This document shows positions 49,515 to 59,106 of a stretch of DNA of 64,000 nucleotides, piece by piece (positions within the stretch are counted from its first letter, which is position 1; each line of letters begins with the position of its first letter). This stretch comes from Candidatus Obscuribacterales bacterium. Lineage in GTDB: Bacteria > Cyanobacteriota > Vampirovibrionia > Obscuribacterales > Obscuribacteraceae. Below the pieces are notes generated by a model. The model saw nothing but the letters and a program-made list of their open reading frames with translations. It ran no database searches and was not told the DNA's origin. The stretch is taken from positions 2,976,001-3,040,000 of the forward strand of contig CBDDIJ010000003.1 of assembly GCA_965228855.1 (NCBI GenBank), in the 5' to 3' direction. Made by a program: the position numbers and the translations under genes.

Positions 49515-51137
49515 ATGCTTCAAAACCAGCAAGGTCAAGGACAATCGACAGCCGTTTTGCCTGGATGTCCATCCATTCAAGTCGTGCACCATATGCTAGC
49601 GGAAGCTCTGGATAACCAGACTCGCAGCGTGGAGGTGGCTTGGAAATCCGACGACCAGACCAAGCTCTTCACGCTCAGCGTGAAGTCGGATCCGATTGGA
49701 CGCGATCCCACCTGGCAGCTTTATCAGTCGACTGGCGGCTCTCCGCAATGCCTGTGGCAATACCCGAGCTGCGACACGCTCATCGTTTTGAACCGAGTCA
49801 TGTCGTCCTGTGGGCAAGCGATGTCTCCGGTTCAACTTACAGCAGTCGGTGCCGCAGCTGTTCAAGCCTCGAACGCTGCCTCTCAAGCTGCTGACCCGAA
49901 GCGTCAGGATGACTTCTACTACGAGCCGTCCAGCACTCAAGCACAACGCAAAACCATACCGTTGCCGGCTATGAGCCCTGCTCAAACGGCAATGTCCAAG
50001 CGCAACACCGTGCTAAATGGAGAACTGTCGTTCATCCAGATCTCGGCGCTTTTGCAATCGATCTTCCTTGCAAAAATGACAGGCAGACTGCAACTAGACA
50101 GTGGAGAAGGTGCCGCGGAAATCTTCTTCGAAGACGGCCGACCGACCCACGCCACGACGCCGACAAGCCAGGGCGACGAAAGTATCTTTGAACTGATCGC
50201 CTGGGGCGATGGGAAGTTCTTTTTCCAACCGCAGGTATTAACAAAGAAACGCACTGTTTCAGACGGTCTCGACAGTTTGATCATTCACGGCGTTCAGTTG
50301 CTGGATAAACTCACATTACTCAAAAACTCCGGTTTCAAATCCGACAGCGTGCTCAAAAAGGCGAACGAGACACTCTCGGAAATCGACCTGAACACAATGC
50401 TTTCTCTGGGAGAAACCGATTTTATAAACGAACAGCGACAGCTCTATCACGCCATCGATAACACCACGCCGTTCAATCAGATACTTGCAAGATTGCGGAT
50501 AGAGCGTAGTAAGTGGATTCCGGCGCTCAGCCATTTGTTTAGATGCAAGCTTGTCACCGTCGGTGGTGACACTGGATCACGCAAACGAATTCTCGAACCG
50601 AAGTCGATCGACAGTGCCGCCGTTCAAGCCGTCATGATGACGCTTAGACGAGCCGATACCGGCATGTTTAACTATCCGGCCTTCCTCTATTTCCTGGAAC
50701 AGGAGTACTTCAGAGGACACCGAGCCGGCACGCCGTTGTCGGTAATTATCTTTGAATTGCGCGTAAAAACAGGCATCAAGGAAGTTATTAGAGAACCGCT
50801 TCCAGCTGCGGCTTTGAACGAAGCAGTTTTGCGCATAATGCACGAGAAGCGCCACAACGACATGCTCGCTCACTATGAATCGTTTGACTACGCATTGCTT
50901 TGCCCTGACACCAAAGGTGAAGGCGCGGTAGTTTTCGCCAAACGTCTAGTGAAGGCGCTAACGAAGGAGCCGCTTAGCGTTTCGGTAAACGAAAAAAATC
51001 TGTCCCTATCTTTCGGTATCGCATGCGTGCCCGAAGACTTCCTGGAACTTGGTTTGATCCTTTCGGCGGCCGAAACCGCTCGCAGTCACTCAGTCGAAAC
51101 AGAACAGCCGGTCGTCATTTACCGCCAGCTGGAATAA
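49515..51137 (+). CDS. Unnamed N-terminal domain + DUF4388 + degenerate GGDEF protein
   Basis: GELSFIQISALLQSI..KMTGRLQL (DUF4388); DTGMFN...PLSVIIF...AHYESFDY...SLSFGIA (GGDEF fold lacking the GGDEF motif). Confidence 0.8.
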   Translation: MLQNQQGQGQSTAVLPGCPSIQVVHHMLAEALDNQTRSVEVAWKSDDQTKLFTLSVKSDPIGRDPTWQLYQSTGGSPQCLWQYPSCDTLIVLNRVMSSCGQAMSPVQLTAVGAAAVQASNAASQAADPKRQDDFYYEPSSTQAQRKTIPLPAMSPAQTAMSKRNTVLNGELSFIQISALLQSIFLAKMTGRLQLDSGEGAAEIFFEDGRPTHATTPTSQGDESIFELIAWGDGKFFFQPQVLTKKRTVSDGLDSLIIHGVQLLDKLTLLKNSGFKSDSVLKKANETLSEIDLNTMLSLGETDFINEQRQLYHAIDNTTPFNQILARLRIERSKWIPALSHLFRCKLVTVGGDTGSRKRILEPKSIDSAAVQAVMMTLRRADTGMFNYPAFLYFLEQEYFRGHRAGTPLSVIIFELRVKTGIKEVIREPLPAAALNEAVLRIMHEKRHNDMLAHYESFDYALLCPDTKGEGAVVFAKRLVKALTKEPLSVSVNEKNLSLSFGIACVPEDFLELGLILSAAETARSHSVETEQPVVIYRQLE

Positions 51138-51149
51138 TATTCGAATAAA

Positions 51150-51183
51150 GAAGAGAGAACGCGGTAACGCTCTCTCTTCCTCT
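51150..51183 (+). terminator. Putative terminator hairpin
   Basis: GAAGAGAGA...TCTCTCTTC stem just after the stop at 51137; weak U-tail. Confidence 0.5.
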
Positions 51184-51411
51184 AGTAACAGGAACGGCTC
51201 GGCCCACGAAACCGCCCCCACTCAACCGATCGCGGGATTGTATCGGTTAAATTTTCACGTCCCTTGTCTTAATAGTATCATTGGCTCAACACCGAAGACG
51301 CTTTGCGCCTTTCTTATAGCCAATCTCGCTTCCTTGTGCATATATACCGGAGCGATTGTTTTTGGACAAAGAAATTTGCTATTTTTGTGATGACCCATCA
51401 GCCGGAGTTCC

Positions 51412-53952
51412 GTGCCGAGTTCAGATATAAAAGCGCTACGCTCCTGGAAAAGTTTTGTCCTAGACTTTCGCCGGGAGTTTGAAACAACAAATCGCTGCCC
51501 CGGCAGCGTCGATTCTTTGTCTATGCTGTTGCTGAGCCTGGCGGTCAAACAGTCGCCAGCAAGAAACAGTTCAAAAGCTTCGGCAACTTATGAAGCCGAG
51601 CGAATTCATACCGCCACCAGGCGCTGCATGCCGAAAAACTTCAATTTCGAATTGACGAATTGTACAGCCGGCAATGCATCTCTTTTCGAGTCGATTTTGA
51701 CCGCACTGGATAGATACAGCGTCGTCAGTCACCCGTTTGCCTTCGGATACACTTATCAATTCTGGCGCGACAGCGAGCGCAAAATTGCACAGGCAGAATT
51801 GCAATCCGCAGCGAAAAGCATTGACACAAAAAATCTAATTGCGTTCACTCAAATCTACACGCCGGAGTGGGTGGTAGAGTTCATTCTCGCGAACACAGTT
51901 TTGCCGCTGGTGTCGAACTCGAACAGATCTAGGCTGGCCCTATCGAAGTGGCTTATCCCGGGCGCCTCAAGCGATGGACAGTTTAAAACAGTGTCATCGC
52001 TATCCATTCTCGATCCAGCTGCCGGAGCCGGAAACTTTTTGTTGACCGCATTTGACACGTTGATGGAACTGCACGCGCTTGAAGGTCGCAAGCCGGCAGA
52101 ATCCATAGCGAAAATTTTCGAATCACAGTTACACGGCTGCGATATCGATAACCTGGCTCTTTCGGTTTGCGCACTGAATCTGGTGGCAAAGGCTCTTCGC
52201 TACGAACCTGACAGTTCACTACCATTGATAAAAGGACTGGCTCTGGCGACCCCGCATGAAGACGCTCTTTTAGGCTCATTATCCAAACACTTTTCTGGTC
52301 TCCACCCACTAGCTAAACAGCACGACGTTGTAATTACCAATCCTCCATACATAGGGCGCAAGCTCATTAGCAGGGATCTGAAGACTCGCCTCAAAAGCCA
52401 GTATCCGAAGTCCCACCATGATCTCAGCACCGCATTTTTCGAGCGTTCGCTTGGACTTCTGAAGCCTGGTGGACGGACCGGTTTAATTACCCAGGCTTCG
52501 ATTTTGTTTCTTCCCAGTCATAAACTCATGCGGGAGGTCATCCTCGACGAATATCGCTTGAAGAGCGTTGTTGACGCAGGTCCCGGCGTGTTTCCCTTGC
52601 AGAGCGGCGAAAAGGTAAACAGCGCTGTTTTGATCGTTGAAAAGCCTGATGCAGGAACTCTCGAACAAAAGCACGAATCATGGTTTTTCAACATAAAGGA
52701 TAAACATGATAAGGAACTCGAACTTTGCCAACAGTTGTCTCGCGTTAAATCTCCTGACCGAGGTACAGAGAGCAGTCCAATTTCGCTCAATCCATCAACG
52801 TTTCGACAATTTCATGGTAGCGCTTTCAGTTATTTCATTCCCACAGCGATTACCGAACTTCTGACGCGCGCGGCACCACTGGAAAGCATTGCCGACATCA
52901 GACAGGGACTAGCCACCACGGACAACGATCGCTTCGTCAAATTCGTCTGGCAAGTTCCGGAAAACGAACTTGGCTTGCGCTGGTTCCCATACGCCAAAGG
53001 CGCGGGTGGACAGCGTTTTCAAAGCCCGATCAGGCATGTTGTTAACTGGCAGAACGACGGCGCAGAAATCAAAACGGAAGTCGCTCGGCGCTACCCGTAC
53101 CTGAAAGGAAACACTGCCTGGGTCGTCAAAAATGAAGCGTTCTACTTCAAAGAGGGTTTGTGCTTTTCATTCGTGAACACTCGAGGCATCGCAGTTCGCA
53201 GACTGCCTGCCAACTGCATTTTCGATGTCGGTGCATCTGCGATATTCAGCGATGAGAACGACTTTTTACTCGCATATTTAAACTCGTCACTCATGGTGGC
53301 AATCGCAAATTCGTTAAATCCAACCATCAACTATCAAGTGGGCGATCTAAAACGCTTGCCGATCTTCGACTTTGCAGTTGAAACAAAACAGAAGCTCGCA
53401 GAACTCGCCAACCTCTGCGCAAACAGCAAAGAAGAGCTCAGCGCCTTGCTGGACCCAACCTCATGGTTCCGCTCGCCGAGGCACGCAAACGCTCCGCTCG
53501 GACATTCTATATATTCTCGAGTGGATGAAACCGACCTCGCCGGAGCACAGAATGAGTTTATCCAGAAAGTAAGCGAACTCAAATTGCACATCAGTGAATC
53601 AGAAGAGGAAATAGATAACATCGTGCTCAGTGCGGTTTCGACGGCGGAACGCTGGGATGAAGCTACGATGCAAAAGGTGATCGATTGGATTCGTTCGTTC
53701 CAAAGCAATCGGTCATCAGATCAGCCGACAGAAACACCGGATTCAGGAGAGCTTGCCGAACGCTTCATCGACAACCTCATTGTTAAAGCCCACCTGGAAT
53801 CGCCTTCGAACGAGCAGCGCCTTCCCATTGCTCTACAGCAGGCAATCGAAAAGCATACCGGCCGCGGCTTCCCAACCTACATGGCGGAGAAAGCGACGCC
53901 TCGAATAGGCAGGATGTTTTTCGGAGTACCGCCCGCACCATTCTCAGCCTGA
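51412..53952 (+). CDS. N6-adenine DNA methyltransferase, BREX PglX/Eco57I-like (start uncertain)
   Basis: TQIYTPEWVV, ILDPAAGAGNFL (motif I), VITNPPY (motif IV), QGLATTDNDRF and WFPYAKG...VVNWQNDG. Confidence 0.85.
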   Translation: MPSSDIKALRSWKSFVLDFRREFETTNRCPGSVDSLSMLLLSLAVKQSPARNSSKASATYEAERIHTATRRCMPKNFNFELTNCTAGNASLFESILTALDRYSVVSHPFAFGYTYQFWRDSERKIAQAELQSAAKSIDTKNLIAFTQIYTPEWVVEFILANTVLPLVSNSNRSRLALSKWLIPGASSDGQFKTVSSLSILDPAAGAGNFLLTAFDTLMELHALEGRKPAESIAKIFESQLHGCDIDNLALSVCALNLVAKALRYEPDSSLPLIKGLALATPHEDALLGSLSKHFSGLHPLAKQHDVVITNPPYIGRKLISRDLKTRLKSQYPKSHHDLSTAFFERSLGLLKPGGRTGLITQASILFLPSHKLMREVILDEYRLKSVVDAGPGVFPLQSGEKVNSAVLIVEKPDAGTLEQKHESWFFNIKDKHDKELELCQQLSRVKSPDRGTESSPISLNPSTFRQFHGSAFSYFIPTAITELLTRAAPLESIADIRQGLATTDNDRFVKFVWQVPENELGLRWFPYAKGAGGQRFQSPIRHVVNWQNDGAEIKTEVARRYPYLKGNTAWVVKNEAFYFKEGLCFSFVNTRGIAVRRLPANCIFDVGASAIFSDENDFLLAYLNSSLMVAIANSLNPTINYQVGDLKRLPIFDFAVETKQKLAELANLCANSKEELSALLDPTSWFRSPRHANAPLGHSIYSRVDETDLAGAQNEFIQKVSELKLHISESEEEIDNIVLSAVSTAERWDEATMQKVIDWIRSFQSNRSSDQPTETPDSGELAERFIDNLIVKAHLESPSNEQRLPIALQQAIEKHTGRGFPTYMAEKATPRIGRMFFGVPPAPFSA

Positions 53953-53965
53953 TCACTAAATTCCC

Positions 53966-53994
53966 TTGACAGTGGGAATGGATATTAATACGCT
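53966..53994 (+). promoter_or_regulatory. Putative sigma70-type promoter
   Basis: TTGACA-17 nt-TACGCT upstream of 54035; the -35 is flanked by an ATTCCC/GGGAAT inverted repeat. Confidence 0.45.
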
Positions 53995-54034
53995 CGACTC
54001 TTAAGCATCTGCCTGGGGGAGATACCGGAAGCGC

Positions 54035-55837
54035 ATGTTTCGGATTATTCTCATAGTCGTAATTGTCATCGGACTCGTGGCACTTGTTGCGCGGGCTCTC
54101 ATTAATCCGGCACTAGTTTCAAACACGGCAGTGAGCCCCTCCTTGTCGGAAGGAGACATCATATTGATCAACCGCGCGGCAAGACTTTCGAACCAGCCGC
54201 TGAAACGATTTGAGTTGGTCGCAATTATCCCGCCTTATGTAAATGGAAAACCTTATACGCCTGACGATTCAATTGCATCCACGGTTACGGACTTTACCGG
54301 AATTCCGCTAGGAGAAGCTCCTGTTCTGGATGTTCGCAGAGTGATTGCTCTGCCGGGAGAAACAGTGGTGATGCGGAAAGAACTCGGAATTTTCATCGAC
54401 GGCAAACTACTCGATGAATCGTCCTACACGAGAGATCAACCGGACACCGACCTCTTCGTGCTTGCAGATATCACTAGACATTCAGCCTTCGGCGGAGAAC
54501 TTCAATCCCTGGAGACAAGTGACGCACCAATCACGGTGCCCAAAGATGCGGTCTTCGTCCTTCCGGACGATCGGAGAAACTTTGCTGGTAGCGAGCGCTG
54601 GGGATTCCTGAGCGGTCCGCGGATCGTTGGGTCAGTCGACTATAAAGTATCTCAAAAGGGAATTACTGCAGTCCTCGTTCCTAAACTTATCTTCGCGACC
54701 GAAAAAGTTGCAATCAACGACGACGGCGTCCGAGCGCTCGAGAGCGGCGAATACACCAAGGCAATTCATCTCTTCAAGTCAGCTCTGGCGATCGACAACA
54801 ATTTCGAGCTGGCGCGAGACAATTTGAGTATCGCTTACAACAACTTCGCCATTAAGTCCGCGGGCAAGCCGGAAGTTGCCCTGGACAGCCTGCACAAGGC
54901 ACTGTTCATTGACCCTGACAATGAGTTGACGAAGAAGAATCTCGCAGGAATTCTCAAGCGCATAGGCAAAGACGCAACGAATTACGATGACCGTATCTCA
55001 CTTGCAGAAGACGCAGAAAAGCACGGAAAAACCATCAGCGCACTGGTCGAGTATCGCGCTGCAGTTAAGCTCAAGCCCAACGCAGATGCCCTGGCAAAAG
55101 TTTCTGAGCTTGAGCAAAAGTGCAAATTCCCGGCACACGCCATTCCAGAAGACCTTGTCGCTACCGCGCAAACGTCCAAAGTTCGCCAGAGTCCTGACAT
55201 CACGATAAAGGCACCGGCGAAGTCAACGTCAGCGAAACCTGCTGAGACAAAACCAGTAGTGGCGAAACCAGAGACGGCAAATGCGCTTGACGCGAAACCT
55301 GAAACTCCAAAGCCGATGTCGACGAACACGGCTGAAACGAAAATTGAGACGACCAAAGCCGTGACGGCAAAAACACCTGACACGAAACCAGAGCCGAAGA
55401 AAGCGACGATTACAAAACCTGTTGATGCGAAACCGGAATCCGCAAAAATCGTGACGTCGAAACCTGTCGTCGAGAAACCTGTTGTCGCGCAACCTGTTGT
55501 CGTGAAACCTGTTGCCGCAAAACCTGTTGCCGCAAAACCTGTTGCCGCAAAACCTGTTGTCGCAAAACCTGTTGTCGCAAAACCTCAATCAGAAAAACCT
55601 GCTGAGACGAAACCTGTAGCCGCGGTGGAGCCCGAATTCACGCCAACGAATAGATCTTTCGAGGCTTCGGTGATACCAGCTTCGGTGCCCACGGTGGAAC
55701 CAGAGGTCCAATCAAAACCCAACGAGGGTGGCATAGAGGGTTTCTTCCACAACATCGAAGCCGCAATAACAAAGAAACCTGCCACTCAAACAGGCAAAGG
55801 ATACCGTGGTCCGCCACTCCTGAAGAAAACGCCGTGA
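54035..55837 (+). CDS. Signal peptidase I (S26)-like domain fused to TPRs and a Lys/Pro-rich tail; catalytic residues substituted
   Basis: N-terminal TM; SPSLSEGD, RRVIALPGETV and PDDRRNFAGSERWGFL correspond to the S26 boxes. Confidence 0.8.
   Translation: MFRIILIVVIVIGLVALVARALINPALVSNTAVSPSLSEGDIILINRAARLSNQPLKRFELVAIIPPYVNGKPYTPDDSIASTVTDFTGIPLGEAPVLDVRRVIALPGETVVMRKELGIFIDGKLLDESSYTRDQPDTDLFVLADITRHSAFGGELQSLETSDAPITVPKDAVFVLPDDRRNFAGSERWGFLSGPRIVGSVDYKVSQKGITAVLVPKLIFATEKVAINDDGVRALESGEYTKAIHLFKSALAIDNNFELARDNLSIAYNNFAIKSAGKPEVALDSLHKALFIDPDNELTKKNLAGILKRIGKDATNYDDRISLAEDAEKHGKTISALVEYRAAVKLKPNADALAKVSELEQKCKFPAHAIPEDLVATAQTSKVRQSPDITIKAPAKSTSAKPAETKPVVAKPETANALDAKPETPKPMSTNTAETKIETTKAVTAKTPDTKPEPKKATITKPVDAKPESAKIVTSKPVVEKPVVAQPVVVKPVAAKPVAAKPVAAKPVVAKPVVAKPQSEKPAETKPVAAVEPEFTPTNRSFEASVIPASVPTVEPEVQSKPNEGGIEGFFHNIEAAITKKPATQTGKGYRGPPLLKKTP
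55460..55585 (+). repeat. 15-bp tandem repeat, about 8 copies (KPV[V/A]x)
   Basis: AAACCTGTTG(C/T)CGCA units; three consecutive copies are identical. Confidence 0.92.
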
Positions 55838-55897
55838 AATAGTTCACCACGTATTCATTACACAGTTGAACTGTCTGAGCTGTTTCCGAACTGACCC

Positions 55898-56632
55898 TCA
55901 GTAGTTCTCGCGAACCTTCTCATAGTCGTTCTTCACCCAGCTATATCCAGGCGTTACATTATGCGCGGCGATGTAGTCGGCTTCAAAGCTAACTGACGGT
56001 CGCTGTGATTTAGATGGAAACGTCAATCCGGGATTTCCGTTCAAACTCTCGATTACAGACCGCAGCTTGTTGTCGAAACGACTGCTGCCACTCGGGTTGA
56101 GAAAAGCGATCTGGATGTTTCGGTTTCTATCGACGCTCACGCGAACCGTCGCACGTCCAGGCTCATCGGCAACGGAACTCCATCTTTCATAGATAGCCTG
56201 AGAAAACTGTTTGTGCCATTTTTCCCAAGCCAGAGTCAACTCTTTAGAGTTCCGCTCTGCGCCTAGATCGAATCCGCGCGGCAACTTAAAATCGTCCTTC
56301 TGCACGATTCCCAGTCTGGGTTCATCCTGCCGTGCATTGCCACTAAGAGCAGGTTTGAACGCGGAGGTGTCAACCAAACCGGCAGATGCCCTGTAGTTCT
56401 CCACAGGACGCACTAGCCGTGGTGGCGCAAGAGGCGGTCCGTCGTCGACCGAGGGAACATTAGCTCCGGCTGGTCGCGAGAGACGAGTGTACATTCCGTC
56501 TTTGCTGATGTTCCCCTGTAACATCTCTGCATTAGCCGGCACTGCTACTGATACCACGGTCGCCAACGCGATGCTAATCGACAAAAATTTCTTGACTAAC
56601 TCAATTCCTATCATGGCGCATTTACCAATCAT
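55898..56632 (-). CDS. Exported protein with TonB/TolA C-terminal-like domain
   Basis: Signal ending ANA; AIYERW...ATVRVSVDRNR...SGSSRFD pattern. Confidence 0.65.
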   Translation of the reverse strand: MIGKCAMIGIELVKKFLSISIALATVVSVAVPANAEMLQGNISKDGMYTRLSRPAGANVPSVDDGPPLAPPRLVRPVENYRASAGLVDTSAFKPALSGNARQDEPRLGIVQKDDFKLPRGFDLGAERNSKELTLAWEKWHKQFSQAIYERWSSVADEPGRATVRVSVDRNRNIQIAFLNPSGSSRFDNKLRSVIESLNGNPGLTFPSKSQRPSVSFEADYIAAHNVTPGYSWVKNDYEKVRENY

Positions 56633-56727
56633 TGCCTTGCCCAGGACTCGTCAAACGTGCTGTCCTTCAATAGTTTTATAGACTGGGATCAATCGCGAAG
56701 GTTCCCGACTGAACCCGTTTTCAGCAA

Positions 56728-57840
56728 TTATCGACCGCTGAAGTAGCCGAGCATTCCGCCCAGGATAGCGCCCTGTATAGCGCCACGCTTCATGCCACCG
56801 CGAGTGCTGGCCGCGAACAATGCTCCGGCTGCAGCACCCATCGCTCCACCGGCAACTGCGCGCTTGAGCCGCGAGCCACTTCCACTTCCGTAAGACGCAG
56901 TCACACCACCGTCGAAGAATCTACCGATGCCGCGGCCACCTCCGCCGTTTGAACCGAATGATTCTCCGGAGCCCGAGAACGGCGTGATCTGTCCGGCAGG
57001 CGAATCATCACTCTGACTGTCCATTGGTGAAGAAGGTGTCATAGGCGTTACAGGCGATTGCGGAGCGCTGGCGATGCTGTTTAAATCTCCCAACGCATTG
57101 CGATACAACTGACTGCTTGGGTCAATCGACATCGCGCGACCGAACGCAGTACGAGCTTTGTTAGTGTCACCCTTTGCTTTGTATGCTTGTCCCAACGCGT
57201 ACTGAACGTCCGGGTCCGAAGGCGCATCGGCAGCGACTTTCTCTAACTTTCTAACGGCTTCTGAGAAATTGCCGCTCTTGTAATCCGCAGAAGCGCTGGA
57301 TACCATCTGGCGCAGATCATCTCTGTGCTGAGCAGCTTGATTAGCTTGCTCCGCCTTCTTCGCCTCAGCGATCTTAGCCGTGCGGTCTTGCGCAACTTTA
57401 TTTCGCAACGAAGCGACCGTATCACGCAGCTCAGGGTCGCTGGGATTGAGCGACTGGGCGCGCGTGTAGTTGTCCAAAGCCGCTTGTAGATCGCCTTTGC
57501 CCTCGTACAATACGCCTAGATTGAAGTATGCATCCGCGTTGTTCTTATCCACGAGCAACACGCGTTTAAACAGCTTCTCGGCACCGGCTACATCGCCGGA
57601 GCTGTACTTCTCCATGGCAGTTTGCAGTAGACCCGCGGCGGGTGATTTAGGTTCCTCACCGTAATTCTTTGATACCGCCACTGGTGCCTGAGGAACCGGC
57701 ACTTCATCAAGCTGCGGTGTCTGCATCATCAAATTTCCGAGGTTGGATGCTGCGTAAGCACAGCTTGCATTTCCGAAAATCAACATCGCGGATTGTGCTA
57801 AGCACAGCGTTGCAGTTCCCAATCTTCGTTTCGCATTCAT
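56728..57840 (-). CDS. Exported TPR protein with C-terminal glycine zipper
   Basis: AYFNLGVLY and VQYALGQAY TPRs; AVAGGAMGAAAGA...GAIQGAILGGMLG. Confidence 0.85.
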   Translation of the reverse strand: MNAKRRLGTATLCLAQSAMLIFGNASCAYAASNLGNLMMQTPQLDEVPVPQAPVAVSKNYGEEPKSPAAGLLQTAMEKYSSGDVAGAEKLFKRVLLVDKNNADAYFNLGVLYEGKGDLQAALDNYTRAQSLNPSDPELRDTVASLRNKVAQDRTAKIAEAKKAEQANQAAQHRDDLRQMVSSASADYKSGNFSEAVRKLEKVAADAPSDPDVQYALGQAYKAKGDTNKARTAFGRAMSIDPSSQLYRNALGDLNSIASAPQSPVTPMTPSSPMDSQSDDSPAGQITPFSGSGESFGSNGGGGRGIGRFFDGGVTASYGSGSGSRLKRAVAGGAMGAAAGALFAASTRGGMKRGAIQGAILGGMLGYFSGR

Positions 57841-58051
57841 CACCTGGCACCCCGACAATTTGCCAAAATTGGCACGCGTTGCTTAAAATCCAACTGCGTT
57901 GCGTCCACAGAAGTGAATGACGCCACCGCCAAAACTTTGTTCCGCGAAAATCGCGGCATCTGAAGGCAGTACCTGATCGCAACTTCCAAACCCTCAAGGT
58001 CTTTCTCGAGTGTTTCATGTTGGATCATGGAGTCGGACTTATACTAACAAC

Positions 58052-58972
58052 ATGAGCTCAAGTCGAATTTTTCAAACAGCACTCGCCGCTTCCGTGACAT
58101 TTGTTAGCGTTTTCCAGCCTCCGAACGCTCACGGTGCGCCCGGTAACGCAACTCCGCCTCCGCCGGTAAAGCCAGTTGTTCAAACTGCCGCAAATTCCTC
58201 CGCACCAGCTCAGACTCAAAAACCTATAAATCTCATGGGTGCTTATGGCACACCCAACACCTTGAAATTTGGTCCGCTGCGTATTGTCGGCACGACTCTC
58301 ACCTATGTGTTTCCGGGACGGCAAGCCGACAAATGCGGTTTGCGTCGCGGAGATGTCGTTGTAAAAGTCAATCGGCAGGCTACCCCTGACCCGGCGAAAT
58401 TCGACGCTGTGATGAAGGAATTCCGGGGTTCGACAAAGATTGTCGAGTATTTCAGGCACAATGGTCGACGGTACGAAATCAAAACCACACAGATTAACGA
58501 AGGCAAGGCCTGGAATCCGCCTGCAAATGGGCAGGCGCAGGTGAAGAAGGTTCCGCAGCACGAATTGGAGCGCTACATGCTGCTCCTCGTTGATGGTGAT
58601 AGAAACAAAAATGGAGTCCCCGGTGCTCTGCGCATCAGCGAAGGACTCAGCCACATGGCGAGAACATACGCCGATGACATGGCGAAACGCGATTTCATGG
58701 GTCACAAAGATCCTGAAGGACGTGGACCGTGGGAGAGAGCCAAACTTTGCGGCATCAAGACCATTAACATTCGAGAGAACTGCGCGTACCCGTTCCCACA
58801 ACCCGACTCGTTTGCCATGGTGCGAAATGGAGAGTCAGATTTGATGGCATCACCGGAACATCGCGAGTCGATTCTCTATCCGAGCAACGTGTGCGTAGGC
58901 ATCGGAATTGCTTATAGAAAAGATGGCGGCTTGATGGTTGTCCAGGTTTTTAGCTCTGACCCAGTTCCATAA
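58052..58972 (+). CDS. Exported PDZ + CAP/SCP domain protein
   Basis: ADKCGLRRGDVVVKVN (PDZ); YADDMAKRDFMGH, EN, MASPEHRESIL and VGIGIA (CAP). Confidence 0.85.
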   Translation: MSSSRIFQTALAASVTFVSVFQPPNAHGAPGNATPPPPVKPVVQTAANSSAPAQTQKPINLMGAYGTPNTLKFGPLRIVGTTLTYVFPGRQADKCGLRRGDVVVKVNRQATPDPAKFDAVMKEFRGSTKIVEYFRHNGRRYEIKTTQINEGKAWNPPANGQAQVKKVPQHELERYMLLLVDGDRNKNGVPGALRISEGLSHMARTYADDMAKRDFMGHKDPEGRGPWERAKLCGIKTINIRENCAYPFPQPDSFAMVRNGESDLMASPEHRESILYPSNVCVGIGIAYRKDGGLMVVQVFSSDPVP

Positions 58973-59106
58973 GCGCGAAAGCTCTACGACCAGTAATGCG
59001 ATCCTGCAAATCGCTGCAACATTCGGACTTTACGAGCTGTTACCCGGGTGTTTTTTATGTTTGGGGCGGGTATGTTGACTGTGGGTGGTCGCGCAGCTGA
59101 GTGCAT

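Noticed and set aside
55460..55585. Short repeats as a CRISPR array
   Set aside because: They are head-to-tail, in-frame coding repeats without spacers.
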